Positions 1 through 12,960 of a stretch of 64,000 nt of DNA are shown in pieces. The translations under genes were made by a program, and so were the position numbers. The notes under the pieces were generated by a model. That model did no database searches. It had not been told where the DNA came from and was given only the letters and a program-made list of their open reading frames with translations. The DNA comes from Eledone cirrhosa (taxonomy: Eukaryota). Position 1 is the first letter of the stretch. Every line of letters starts with the position of its first letter. The stretch is from contig OZ024741.1 in assembly GCA_964016885.1 (NCBI GenBank), positions 101,122,001 through 101,186,000 of the forward strand, written 5' to 3'.

Positions 1-301
1 AGAGAAGGGCTAAAGTTAAACCTAAGAAAGCTACACAAAGTGAGTTTAATGTTAAAAAGAAAACATCAGTTACTCCAGATGTCGGCATCTCTAAGGAGAA
101 TAATATGTCAGAAGAAGAAAACATTGATATAAAGAAGAACATGCTGAGAAAATATAGATCTTCACTGAATTCCACAGATAGTACCTTCAAACAACCATCA
201 ATGCAACATTTTTCATCTAAATCACTTTCTGATATATACCAGTCTAATGAAACAAACAGCCATCTTGAAAATCAAAAAGTATATAATGAAATTAACCAAA
301 G
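1..301 (+). CDS. SPATA7: SPATA7-like gene, internal exon (5' end outside the window)
   Basis: Open frame from position 3 (RRAKVKPKK...YNEINQ). Donor AG|GTGATT at 301/302, phase 2, compatible with the next exon. Confidence 0.72.
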
Positions 302-663
302 GTGATTGTTAATTTTATTTTACTAGGAATACAATTTTTAGTCTCTGATAAAATTTGTATATTATCCAACATGCTACAGCCACCAGCCCACTGAGCTTTT
401 ATAGAGTTGCTTGATCAGTTAGGGTTAAAGATAGATTGCACTATAATTTATTATTGTACCCCTTTGTTTGGTACCTACCTTTCCCTTGGACAACATTGGT
501 AGAAAGGAGAATGGAGAGAGGAGACTTGAATACATGAGTAACTACTGATCTTCCACAAAAAGACATTGCCTAGGTCGGCATGTTGTAGAACTTTCCAGGT
601 GCAGATCCCTGGTCTCAAAAGATATACAGATCTGTTTCATTACTATGTAACCTGCTGTTTCAG

Positions 664-928
664 TTAACCTTTTTGATACCAAACTGCTTGAAACTACCCT
701 CTGGATTTATGATACATTATTGTTAGTTATAAAATATTTATATTTTCCTAAAAACTTTCCATCATAATTTGATGTAAGAATCTTTGTTAATTTATGTTCC
801 AAACACCAGCTTAATAATGACAAAGTTTGTTATATCATTAAATCCCTCCAAATTCTTGATTATTTTCAACATTATTTAAAAACCATAGGCAGTGTATTTC
901 ATTAGAAATATGGTAATGAAAATGTTAA
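664..928. mobile_element. Degenerate TTAA-flanked MITE (piggyBac-like); related copy at about 41058-41268
   Basis: TTAACCTTTTTGATACC ... GGTAATGAAAATGTTAA imperfect inverted ends. The internal sequence recurs inverted near 41060-41270 and 60540-60700. Confidence 0.4.
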
Positions 929-1004
929 AATATCAGTTCTTTACTATTTAAACAGCAGTTTTCTATATTTCACTATTGACATATTTTCTATTTATGAAGA
1001 CACA

Positions 1005-1270
1005 AACTAGTGGCTAGAGTGTTGGGCTCACAATTGCAATATCGTAGGTTCAAGTCCTGGATCAGGTGGCATGTCTCCTTTAGCAAAACACTTAACTTCA
1101 CAGTGTTTCAGTTAACAGCTAAAAAATAGTACAAGCAGTAGCTGGAGATTAAACCTGTGATAAATTGGTGCTCTGTCTGGAGAATCTTGTACTCTCAGTT
1201 ATTTAATGTCAATAAAATCAAGATAAGCTCCATTCTAATGAGCCTCTGGATTTGGGGCAGACTTTAACCT
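1005..1270 (+). mobile_element. Old tRNA-derived SINE
   Basis: A-box/B-box-like head (GTGGCTAGAG...GGTTCAAGTCC) followed by a body resembling the other SINEs in the window. Confidence 0.55.
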
Positions 1271-1352
1271 TCTTTATTTTCCATTGATTGATTATTCACC
1301 TATTTTCTATAAATAATTAATATAATTAAATGAGTATCTGTCTGTCTTTCAG

Positions 1353-1427
1353 CAGTGAATGTGAATACATCAACTTCATGAAACATGTCACTGAAGATAT
1401 TTTACTCAAAGGTTTATTCACAAACAG
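1353..1427 (+). CDS. SPATA7: SPATA7-like exon (conserved domain)
   Basis: Acceptor tgtctttcAG and donor AG|GTAAAG, phase 2-2. Encodes SSECEYINFMKHVTEDILLKGLFTNR, similar to my recollection of vertebrate SPATA7 (YLSFIEDVTDEILKLGLFSNR). Confidence 0.85.
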
Positions 1428-1972
1428 GTAAAGTAACTCCTCCATCTCGTTCCAGCTCTCCCTTCATGTAAACACATAGAGTAGGAATAGCCTAGTGCAG
1501 TAATGGGTAAACTGCAGCCTACAAGCTGCATGTGGTTTGTTTCGCTTTCTGAATGACATGCCTAATTTCAAAATTGCTTTGAATTTTTTTAGTAGTGCAT
1601 CCTGTCTCATGATGAGTGCCACAATAAAATACACCTAGTCCACTCTGTAAAGAAGGTAATGCTACTGTTACAATAACATGCCCCCTTCTTACTCTGTAAA
1701 GTGATTGGCATTAGGAAGAGTATCTAGCTGGAGACACCATGTCAGACCGGAATGTATGAGCAGGACATAGTCATCCAACTTGTGTTGTCACTGAGGATAA
1801 CAACACGTTCAACCCTTGCCAGTATTAAAAACAGAAATAAAACAGGGATGATGATGATGATAAATATATAAGTTTAGAAATTTAGATGTGTATGTATAGG
1901 AAATTAGAAACTTACCATTGCTTTTCTTTTTGGGAAGCCAACCTAATGCAAATAGTTATGAATAATAGTTGA

Positions 1973-3898
1973 CACAGGTCTACAGAAAAAAAAAAATTGA
2001 AATTATGCAGGGGGTGTTTTGACTGATTTTAAAGTTTTTCAGGCTGCTGAATCCCCAAATCATACTCATTTTCACTGTTAGCTTTAGTTTTCTTGCATTC
2101 TTACATCTCTTATTCTAAGAAAAATGGTGTAAGTTTTATATAAAAGTATATCCATCAAAGAAAAAAAACATGATTTATCATAGAAAAAAATTAATAAGAA
2201 CTATAGATGTATTTGAACACAGTCTCTCACAAATGTGTATTCATCACCGCAAAATAAAAACTAATCATCTTAGACGAAAATTTAGAGTAGAGATTTTCTT
2301 TTGAGTGATTTTCTAAAATGTTCTGTGTGTACCTCATCACGTTTCAAACATCAGCAGTAGTCTGCCATCATTTTCATATCCCACCTCCCTTCCATCACTT
2401 TGATGTCTTGGTGAAATCTTTCCCCTTGCTCATCACTAACATGTCCTAAATTTTCAGGGAAACGATCTAAATGGCTGTATAAAAAATGTATTTTTATACT
2501 CATCTTCACTCAAAGCTGCTTGAATTTCTCTAGTATGTTCTCCACTATTTCTTTGTAGTTGTCAGCTCTATGACTTCCCAGAAAGTTTTTTACAACTTCA
2601 ATAAATGCAGACTATGCTGCTAACCCGTCCAATGTCATAAAACCTACAAAGTGTTCATCTTTCATGAGTTTTCTGATTTGTGGAACATCAAGAAAGGCAT
2701 TTTTCAATTTTTCCATACTCAGTATGGAAAAATTGAAAAATGGCCAGGGAAAGATTGACAAATGTATTAGAAATAGTCACCATCCTTGTTCAAAGCTTTT
2801 ACAAACTGCTTCATTAAGCCCAGCTTGATATGCAAGGGAGGAAATATCTTTTCCCTGGACACCAAAGATTCATTTATCACATTCTTATCTCCAACAATCA
2901 ATTGTTCTCTTGTTTGCCAGTCTCTTTTGATCCAATAGTTCTCTCTGTCTCTGCTGTTCTAGTAACAGATAAAACAGCCCTACTGTTGCCCTAGCAGAAA
3001 ATTGACCATCTTTAAGTCAACACATATCACTCAGTTTTCATAGTACTTAAACAGATTTAAAACTTTCTTAATAGCATCATACCTCTCTTTGTATTTCACT
3101 GAATGGAAGCATATACATTAAAGATATGCAGCAAGATGCACTTCAAACTTCGTTTAGAGCTATCAATACATAGCCTCCAGTCCTCAGGAAAATACTTTTC
3201 AATTCACAACATAGAAAGAATGCCTTCTCTATTTTTACAAAACACCAACTCATCCCTTTTGTCAAAAATGGAACAAATTCTGCATCTCACGTACGATAAA
3301 ACATTTTTGTTCCTGGTAGGAGGAGGTTTTTATATTTTAGTCAAGAAGCTAGTAACTCAGATGATTCCTTTAACAGGTTTAAATCTCTGACCAAGTCACT
3401 AAGTTGTGCTTGTGTAAAACAGATTGGTTAATAATCCTCATCATCTTTATCTGTTTCAACGAAATCATCAAAATTGGGTCCGGCAGCTATATCGTCAGTT
3501 GCTTTTTGGATAAATTCTGTAAAAATTGGCACTGGAATTTTTTCACAATACAGCACAGGTCTTATAGCCTAATTCAAATTTGGATAGCTCAAAGATTTGC
3601 ATTTCTTTCTATTCACACCTACCAAATTAACAGCAGAAAAATAACAGTCATCTACATGATTGCGAGGCTCTTTCCAAATCATTGGTATACCAAATTTTAG
3701 TGACTTCTAAGTAACCAATGTCAGACTACAATGAATCACAAGAAGGCAAGATCTAAAATTTTAGGAAAAATAGGCATATTCAGTGCAAGGAAAATGAAAG
3801 CTAACCAAGACAAATGGATGCTATTTTCAGATTCAACACCACAAAATTACTAAAGAACAGCTCAAATAGTGCTTGACGAAAATATGTGTTGGCCTGTG
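1973..3898 (-). mobile_element. Chapaev3-type (CMC superfamily) DNA transposon with a decayed transposase
   Basis: Termini CACAGGTCTACA / TGTTGGCCTGTG (10/12 inverted) and a 3-bp TSD TGA (1970-1972, 3899-3901). Minus-strand remnants GIPMIWKEPRNHVDDCYF, PLHIKLGLMKQFVKAL and SHLDRFPENLGHVSDEQGERFHQDIK. Confidence 0.8.
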
Positions 3899-3949
3899 TG
3901 ATTAATATATATATAACTTTAGAATCTGCTTTTCCATTTTTATTTCAAG

Positions 3950-4007
3950 GGCAATTCAACAAGTCTTTGAATTCCACATTATGAAGTATAGAGGCAAACT
4001 TGATGAA
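3950..4007 (+). CDS. SPATA7: SPATA7-like exon
   Basis: Acceptor ttttatttcaAG and donor GAA|GTAAGT, phase 2-0. Encodes RAIQQVFEFHIMKYRGKLDE (cf. SPATA7 RFLERLFERHIKQNKHLEE). Confidence 0.85.
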
Positions 4008-4029
4008 GTAAGTACCAACATATACATAC

Positions 4030-4491
4030 ATACGAAAGGCCGGTTATATGATGCCTGTGTGAGATGCGCGATGCTGCATGGTAGTGAGACATGGGCAGCA
4101 ACTACAGAGGATATGTGACGGCTGGAGAGAAATGAAGCAAGCATGCTCCGTTGGATGTGCAATGTCAATGTGCGTGAATGACTAAGCATAGATGAGTTGA
4201 GAGAGAAACTGTGTATAAGAGGGATAAGTTGTGGTGTGCAGGAGAGAAGACTGAGATGGTATGGACATGTAATGTGCATGTTGGATGACCGCTGGGTAAA
4301 GAAGTACCAAGAAATCCCAGTAGAAGGAAGACCACGAAAAACATCGCCTGAGGTAGTGAGAGCAGACCTCAGATCACTGAAGCTCACAGGGGAGATGACG
4401 AAGGACCATAACAAGTGGAGAGATGCTGTGCTGAATAGGACCCGTCCCACCCTTGCAAGCAGGGAAAAGCGGACATAAAATGATGATGATG
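4030..4491 (+). mobile_element. RTE-clade LINE (family B), 3' fragment
   Basis: KGRLYDACVR...[10 protein letters not shown] and a (TGA)n tail. Confidence 0.85.
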
Positions 4492-4680
4492 ATACATATA
4501 TATATATACATATATACACATACACATACAGATATACATATACATATACATATATATACATACGTATATACATATATCGGATCTAGCTGTCGAAGTGGCC
4601 GGCGCTCAGCCGTCGAAGTCCTGATTCTTTTCACATATATACATACATACATATATATATATACACACATATACATACAT

Positions 4681-5073
4681 CATTATCATCATCGTTTAAC
4701 GTCCATCTTCCACTCTAACATGGGTTAGACGGGTTTGTCCCACTTGAGGCAAAATTGGTCGGGTGACTGTGTCTCACTCATATAAAAACTGTTTCTGGCT
4801 GGTTTTCTACAGTTGGATGCCCTTCCTAACACCAACCACATTTACAGTGTGGACTGGAGCCTTTTTACTGTATCCCTTACACGACCACTTTACAGCATGG
4901 ACTGGATGTTCTGTGGTACCAACATAACTTTACAGAGAAAGGGTGGTGTGGGAGGATGGAATAGGGTGTGTGGGTTGGGTGTATATTGGGTTAAGAGGTG
5001 CCTACTGACTAGGTTTAAGTTTGTACGTAAGGGAAGGCAGGTCTTCTGTATTATTGCATAGCGCCAAAGATCT
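4681..5073 (-). mobile_element. RTE family B, 3'UTR fragment
   Basis: (CAT)n tail plus a 3'UTR matching the copies at 13381 and 42245. Confidence 0.8.
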
Positions 5074-5119
5074 CATATACATATATATAAACATATAAAT
5101 AATAATAATGAAAATATTG

Positions 5120-5385
5120 TGTACAGTGCTCAGGTGCACTACAACTCATCAAAAGTGTATGTATAGTACATAGGGTAATGTACAAACGTCAGGAAAATGA
5201 ACAGTGCATGAGTCATGATACACACATGTGTGCATGTGTATGGAAGAGGGACATCAGGTGTAGTTTTTGCGAATTTCGGCAAGCATGAGGGTTTTAAAGG
5301 ATGCAGTGTTTCGGCAGCTAACAACTGACGCAGGCAGTTTGTTCCATGCTTCAGCAACTCTGAGCGCAGAAAAAATGTTTCCGAA
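5120..5385 (-). mobile_element. CR1-like LINE 3' end; related copy at about 37870-38260
   Basis: FRKH.F.LRV...WNKLP...V motif typical of the CR1 ORF2 C-terminus. Confidence 0.65.
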
Positions 5386-5924
5386 ACATATATATGTATG
5401 TAAAAGATAAACAGAAATAACAACACAATCGGTACATTATATGGAAGGAATATATTAGGTTAACGCTTGCAATAGCAGGAAGAGGGTCATAACGTTTCGG
5501 ACGCTAGTCCTTCATCAGAAGAAAGAAAGAGAAATTAGAAAAATCGAAGGGACAGGCGGGGTAGAATTGGAAAAAATGTTTTAGAGAAAAATAACAGATC
5601 CATTCATGTTGCCATCTCAAACCACTGACCACTCCCAGTGACAGACAAGAAAAACAACAAACTTAAGATTTTTTTGCTTTTTTTCACTTTGACTGAATGC
5701 CTATATATGGACTGTACCCCTTGATAAGTTCAGCTAGATTCTTGCCATTCTAATACTGGTGGCTTAGTTCAGATTACCTACTCTACTACTCCAAGTATCA
5801 AGTACTCTAGTGCATTGTGGTCCACCTGGATTTTACCACACACTCTTTGTTATATGTACATATATACACACATATATATATACACACACACACATATTAT
5901 ACACACACACACACACATATATAA

Positions 5925-7691
5925 ACAATGTACGAAGCCGAATTTTTCAGCTTTTGAAGCACTGAGAATATAGACCCAAACCTCTCCAGGACGCAACAAC
6001 TCGCCCTGAAGAACCTGCGGAAAAGGAAACTCATATACTTACGATCCAACAAAGGGAAAGAGTTTTGTGTCATCTCTCAAGCCACATACAACAACCTAGC
6101 TTTTGAACACTTAAGCGACAACAAACTATATACAGAGGTCCCGGACATAACTGCAGCCCAAATCGAAAAACAGGCCAACTCCATCTGGTCCGACATCTGA
6201 TGTAGAAGACAACTCCCAAATAAATTTAAGTCCAATTACATCACTAGAAATAGCAGACTGCCCACTTTCTATCACCTCATCAAGACCCACAAGAATAGTA
6301 CTAAGACACAAATAAGACCCATCGTCTCTAGCATAGAAGGGCCCCATTTCCTGGCTCCTCTCCCAGGTCCTCAAGCCTTTACTCTCCACCTTTCCCGTGC
6401 ATGTCAGTAGCTCCGAAGAGGTTACACATAGATTACACCAACTCCAGCCAGAACAACTTAAACTCAATAGATACGCCTTTAGCCTCGACGTTGTCTCCTT
6501 CTACACTACAGTCCCCACTCATCCAGCTGTCGATTTATTGACAGACTGCGTGGTCGCCGAAGACATGCACTGCTATGGCCTCCATCCGACGGACATACAC
6601 CAGCTTTTGTCCTTCACAGTGGACAACACATACTTCACCTTCCACCACCACACATACAGACAACAGGATTACCCATGGGATCCAGCAGGGACCTGTTCGT
6701 CCATTTCAGGTCAGCCCTCCCACTCGGTGCTAAGTTTGGATACATAAGGAACGAACTGACACGCATCCGGAACAAATGCACCGACGCAAGAGACCGAGAC
6801 ACACACACTACACACTTCCTGGAAGTACTTAAACTGAACGGATACCCAACGTCCACCGCGAACCGTGCTAGGAACAACAGATGACACCAGACCCGAAGCA
6901 CTAACACCTGCTTCCTGAAACTCCCACACTTCAGTGACGAAACTACAGCAGCTATCCGCAGGGCTATCAGACAAGAGGGACTAGATATCCAGCTAGCCCA
7001 CTCAGGACCTTCCCTACGCAGACAGGTAGCCAAGAGACACTCCACCACACAAGACAGCTGCTGCACGGTGGCCAACTGCCCCATCAACGACACAGACCTA
7101 TGCCACCAGGCATATGTCGTCTACAGATTAGAGTGCGACAAATGTAGCAGTTTCTACATAGGTAGCACCACCAGACAACTTCACATTAGAATAAAAGAAC
7201 ACCTCAACACTAATGCTTCCTCATTTAAGAAACACCTGGAGAAATGTAAAAACACCAACAAAAACATAATAGGATAGAAGCTAAGGAAAGAAACCTCGGC
7301 AATCTTAGAATTAAAGAAGCATTAATTATAGACAAAACGCAACCACCAATCAATAATAGATTAGAACTCAACATCCAATTTTTAACATGATAGAGCATCT
7401 AGTTCCCAGATTTACATCTCTACGTATCCACTCAGGCTCATGCATACACCTTTGCGTATTCTCTCACACACACACTTAGACATACATGTCCAAACCCTTT
7501 AAAGGGAGATAACTCTTATCCACTTAACCTGCACTTTTTGACATTAGAAGTAGAATAGAATTTTATACTACTTCCAGTCAGCATGACTTGCAACCCACTC
7601 AGAACACTGGATTAACCCCTTTACTTTCCTCAGACGAAGAGATATTATCTCGAAATAACAGGCTATATAAATAAATTAAGGTAAAAGACTA
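5925..7691 (+). mobile_element. Penelope-like retroelement (Naiad-like), RT core deleted, GIY-YIG endonuclease; its 3' end continues at 33196-33356
   Basis: SNKGKEFCV, FYHLIKTHK...IRPIVS and FSLDVVSFYTTVP. PMGS is fused directly to thumb sequence (no YxDD). C-x4-CP...VVYRLECDKC...YIGSTTRQLHIRIKEH. A degenerate hammerhead-like motif CAGACGA-stem-GAAA lies at about 7631-7655. Confidence 0.85.
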
Positions 7692-8102
7692 GGCACTACA
7701 ACGCTATTAGCTGTCAGTCCAGTGGAAAACAGGCGAAGGTGACGTCACTCGTCAACATCGTTTATTTCCGTATTACTACCACGCGTAAGTGGAGTTTTCA
7801 CGCGTTTTTTTGGGGAGAGAGGGAAGAGGAGAGAGAGGGAAGAGTTAAAAGGGCCAAATTAGAAAATAAATAGAAAAAACAAATAGAAAACAAGTCATGG
7901 TTATAAAGCATATCGATGTAAGTGGAGTTACTTAAATGAAAATATAGGTGGCCCTTAAAAGGGCCAAATTAGAAAACAAATTTAAGTTAATTAGAAAACA
8001 TGTCATGGTTATCAATGTAGAAAACAAGTCATTTATAAATTTAAGTTTTATAATCAAATTTCTTTAAGCAACAAATATGACAGCTAATAGCGTTGTAGTG
8101 CC
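7692..8102. mobile_element. MITE with 25-bp TIRs GGCACTACAACGCTATTAGCTGTCA (Merlin-like)
   Basis: Perfect TIRs at 7692-7716 and 8078-8102. GG termini and the 8-bp duplication (see findings) fit Merlin/IS1016; the superfamily is inferred. Confidence 0.75.
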
Positions 8103-8137
8103 CGCAATTCTGTATTTTTACGTATATTGCGCATAGA

Positions 8138-8430
8138 TACGAGGGTTGACAAAGATACTCTCATGGAATGTGACCAAATGAGGTTTATTTTTCAACATAG
8201 TCTCCCTTGCGTTCCACACACTTCTTCCATCGGTGTTGCAGTACTGTGATCAATGTTTTCCTCGGTAGTGGCAGTTGTGGGACGTCCAGACATTGGGTCA
8301 TCTTCAAGAATCCCCTATCCTTTCCTAAATTCGGCTGCCCACTGTCGCACAAAGGAAAATTGTGGTACAATATTGTAAGGTCTGCTTATAGCATTATCCA
8401 TCTTTCAAAAATGAAGGTCCACTTTCGTCG
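8138..8430 (-). mobile_element. Mariner transposon fragment
   Basis: TA|CGAGGG terminus. C-terminal LQHRWKKCVERKGDYVEK* is typical of mariner transposases. Confidence 0.8.
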
Positions 8431-9047
8431 ACTTCAATACATTTTATTACATTTTATTGTATTGTAAACATTAACTTTTATGGAAATTTTATTACAAAAT
8501 TTCAATTTAGTTCGATTTTTTGGAATTTATTTAACAAACATGGAAAAATAAGAAAAAGAATAAACTAAAAAATAATTTGATTGCCTTTAATAAAGAAGAT
8601 AAATAGAGTGGAACTGATTTCCAAGTCATACTAATGAAACAAGGTTTTTTCCATTACTGATATTATCTGTCTGCCGCAAGTCCTGGTAGAAGATGCTACA
8701 CGAACTAAAGTATTTTACTGAAGGACGTAACCCCTAAGGCATGTGCCTTCACAGAGGAAAGGTAAATCATATTATAACAGATTAGATGGGTACTATGTTA
8801 GATATTACTATGTGTCATATTATACCAAAGAGGAAGTGTGCTGTATAATAAACATTGATATCAGGTTGATTCAATAACTACCCGGTCCCAAATATGAACC
8901 CATGAGCTTATGGTCGTCAGTCAAACACTTTAACCATTGTATGTATGTATACACGTATGGATGGATGTATGTATGTATGTGTGTATGTATGGATGGATGT
9001 ATGCATGTATGTATACATGTATATATGTAAGTATGTATGCGTGTATG

Positions 9048-11530
9048 AGAACAACTGGAAGGACTTCAGGAGTTCGGTCTATGAGGCTTCAGCAGAGGTC
9101 CTTGACTTTGTCACAAGAAAACAAGGACTGGTTTGATGAGAATGACCAGGAGGTCAAGGCTCTGCTAGACAGAAAACAAAAGGCACTTGATGCAGTTCTT
9201 AAAGGCGGTAGCTCTGTTGGTGACAATTATGAGCGTTACAGACAGGTAAAGAAGGAAGTGCAGGTGAAACTCGGGGCTATGCAAAATACCTGGTGGAGCA
9301 ACAAAGCAGATGAAGTTCAAGTGGCATCTGACGGCAACAATGTGAAACTGCCGCACTTTCTACTCACAGAGGTGTATGGCCCTTTCAGCTCTCCAGTGGC
9401 CCCTTTGAGATCGAAAGATGGCAAGCAATTACTGCGCGACCCAAAAGACACTCGACAGATAGAGAGATCACTTTGATGAGCTCTTAAACCAGCCATCCCA
9501 GGTTGATGATGATTTCATTTGTTCCATGCCTATTGAACCAGTTAAGCATATGAGATGGCTAATGTATCTTCTCTTGCAGAGGGGACTTCTGTTGTGCATA
9601 AGCTGAACTGTGGTACGTCTCCTGGTATGGATGGTCTGAGTGGAGCGGTTTTGAAGTGTGGTGGTGAAAACTTCACGCAGCGCCTGACTGACCTCATGAA
9701 AATGGTGTGGGAAGATGAGAATGTCCCACAAGAAGGATGCGTTCATGGTGATTCTACAGAAAGGAAAGGAGGGCAAGGACAAATGTGGCAATTATCATGT
9801 CATATCCCTTCTTTCAGTAGTTGGTAAAGTCGTGTCGAATATTGATGGATAGATTGATCCCAAGAGTTGCTCTGAATGTGTTGCCTGAGTCGCAGTGTGG
9901 GTTCAGAAACGAAAGAGGAACAGTGGATATGATCGTTTCTGCTCGGCAGCTGCAAGAAAAGTGTATCGAACGATGTATGGACCTTTACCAGGTCTTTGTT
10001 GACTTGACAAAGGCCTTTGACACTGTCAATCGAACTGCGTTGTGGGAAAAAAATCCAAGGTAGGGTAGAAGATTCTGCATCTTTTCCATGATGACATGAA
10101 GGCTTTGGTCAGTATTGGTGGTAGCATCTTTGAACCAATATCAGTTGAAAATGGAATGAAGCAGGGGGACATTCCGGTTCCAACTCTGTTTTCCTTATAT
10201 TTTACGATAGTATTTGTCATGGCATTCAAATATTGTTCTCATGGGGTTTACATCAGGCATCGCTCTTCAGGAAGGTTGTTCAACACCAGGCGCTTTGGTA
10301 CAAGCACAAAGGTATTAACATCTATAATCCGAGAATTTTTTGTATGCAGACGACTGCGATCTTTTTGCACACTCACAAAGTGACATGCAGCATATTATGA
10401 ACTCTTTTTCTGCAGCTTGCAGCACTTTGGGCGTCACAATAAGCTTGGAAAAGACTGTTGTGATGTATCAGCCAGTACCTGGAAACGAGTACACTGCACC
10501 AAGTGTGTACGTGTACGGAAAGAGGTTAAAAGTTGCTTACAAGTTTGTTTACCTTGGTAGTACGTTGAACACTTCATGCACACATGATAATGAAATATCC
10601 TTAAGAATCAAGAAAGCCAGTGATGCTTTTGGACGGCTGCATCAACATTTATGGTCCAGACGAGGTATCACTATCGAAACCAAGGTGAAAGTGTATCTGA
10701 CTTGTGTTGTCTCCTCTTTACTTTATGTTTGTGAAACGTGGGTCACATACAGAAAGCACCTCAAGGATCTGGAGAGATTTCACGAACAATCTCTTCATAA
10801 GTTACTTGGGGTGTGGTGGAAAATGTTCGCCAGTGATTTGGAAGTTCTAGAACGGAGCAGGTGCGTGACTATAGAGAGCATAATCTTTCGGTATCGGTTG
10901 AGGTGGTGCAGTCACATGGTCCGGATGTCTGATGATCGTATTCCAAAGCAACTTCTCTATGGAGAACTGTGTGAAGGAAGGCGACCACCACATAAACCAA
11001 AAAGGCGGTACCGGGACTGTATCAGGGGCACCTTGGCTTGTGCTGGAATTTCATCTGACGAATGGGAGAAAATGGCTGACGAGCGTGTGAAGTGGAGACG
11101 TTTGATCAAGTCAGGCGGTGAACACTTTGAAACTCGTCGGAGAGAACACCTATCACTGAAAAGGAAGGTGAGGATTGAGACTGTTCTGAACTGCCTGCTG
11201 TTGAACATCATCTGGTTTGCCAGCACTGTGGTCAAGTCAGCCTGAGCAAAGCTGGTTTGATTAGACATGAACAAAGTCATATCAGTAGACCTCATGTAGA
11301 TTATGATCTGAAAAGGTGTAAGAAATGTACAAGCATGGGAGGTCTTAAAAGATACATGTGAACATACAGCCAGAACAAAGCAATGGAAGGTTTCAGGGGA
11401 GCCTAAAGTTGCCATGTGTGTGCCAGAGGGTGCAAGTATTTGGCTGGTTTAAAGAGTCACATTTGTGCTTCACATTTTTGAACATTTTATTGGGCGATGG
11501 CAATACTTGAACACGAGTTTGCAGCCATCA
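9048..11530 (+). mobile_element. RTE/BovB-like LINE (family A), 5'-truncated and frameshifted
   Basis: DWFDEND, LPESQCGFR, FVDLTKAFDTVNR, GMKQGD, YADD, RLRW..H..RM...RIPKQLLYGEL; 3' end GCAGCCATCA. Confidence 0.92.
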
Positions 11531-11546
11531 TGTAGTATGTATGTAT

Positions 11547-12150
11547 GTCGGGTCACTCTTGAGTGCTATTGGTAACATGTAACCCAGTACAACCTGTCGC
11601 ATGGTCGGGTCGTCGGCGACTAAACCGGCAACTCCACCAAGTTTACTTGGTGAGGAGGGTGATTTTGGACACCCTGCAGGACAAAAAACAAAACCTGACA
11701 AAGGGCGGAAGATCTCATAAGAGTGTAAATATGTATATACACATGTACATATGTATGTATATGTATATGTGTATATACATGAGTGCATGTGTATGTACAT
11801 GCGCAGGGACATAGAAATAATCGGGCTGGACACCCGATCGCGCGGTTAAACCACTGGGAGTGAAGGACCCCTAGCCTTTGTCAGGGCATTCTTCTAGGAG
11901 AAGGCAACTCAGGAAACTGGGATAACTCCGATATAAAACCTGCGGCTCAGTAGTTACCGATGATGTTGATATTTTCTTCTTTTCGGGTTATAGCTACTGT
12001 CGCTCAGAGAGTGGGATTGGCTCAGTGCAGTCTTTCCTCATTTAAAAAAATATCTTCATGCACAGGCATTGCACGATAGAATTAATTAATAATTATTAAT
12101 AATGGTATATCGTGCAATGGCCATACTCGATAATGAGGGGGCAGCCATCA
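11547..12150 (+). mobile_element. Non-autonomous RTE derivative: 5' leader joined directly to the 3' tail
   Basis: 11801-12075 matches the RTE 5'UTR at 26717-27000. 12117-12150 matches the tail at 11497-11530. 11547-11725 matches the inverted leader at 51085-51265. Confidence 0.75.
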
Positions 12151-12364
12151 TGTATGCATGCATGCGTGTATGTATGTGTGTGTGCGTGTGTGTATATATA
12201 TATATGTGCATGTGGGTGTGTGTATATATATCTCCATATACATATTTATTCAGCTGATATAGGCTGGATTGGTTGGAATATTCTGACGCGAATTCTTTCT
12301 GCTCTGTTAAATCGAAACAAATCTTGACTTTTTATTTGAGGTTTTCTATATAAGAGACCGGGAG

Positions 12365-12960
12365 ACCATGTTGATACTATGAAGGCCATTTGTCCTAAGC
12401 CGCCTGGACTATTGCTCCCAGCTGATGTCACCCCATAGTATCAAACTAACCACGGAACTTGAGACAATCCAACGAAGCTACACCAAGAGGATTGCACAAT
12501 GAAGGAGATGAGCTACTGGGAGAGGCTAAAAGAACTGAAACTCTACTCCTTGGAACGAAGATGGGAGAGATACGCAGGGATATACATATGGAAAATCCTG
12601 GAGGGACTACCGCCAAACTTTGGTATTGAGAGCGGGACCAACCCCCGAACAGGACGTCACTGTGTGGTGACAAAGGTCCCGTCTTCCACATCTAGAACAA
12701 GAAGCAGATATTGCAATAGACTGGGGTTCAAAGGCCCTCAACTCTTCAACAAACTGCCGAGGGATTTGAGAGATCTACATGGTGTGGCCGTGGATATTTT
12801 CAAGAAACTTCTCGACACCCTGTTATCCAGGATCCCAGATGAGCCCACATCATGGTACGAAGGTAACCTAAGGGCAGCAGCAACGAACTCCCTCTTACAT
12901 CAATGGCCAGCCAACACAGGCTGGAGATAGAATGTGTAGCAACAAGGGCAGTGCCCAATC
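12365..12960 (+). mobile_element. CR1-clade LINE 3' fragment; related minus-strand piece at about 17150-17467
   Basis: LDYCSQ..SP, LETIQRSYTKRI, SYWERLKELKLYSLERR.ERY, LFNKLPRDLR. Confidence 0.85.

Noticed and set aside
5480-5525. Minus-strand CTGATGA-A-GGAC-TAGC-GTCC-GAAACGTT hammerhead-like motif
   Set aside because: Looks like a Penelope terminal-repeat remnant, but no stem I pairing was found, so it is not called a ribozyme.
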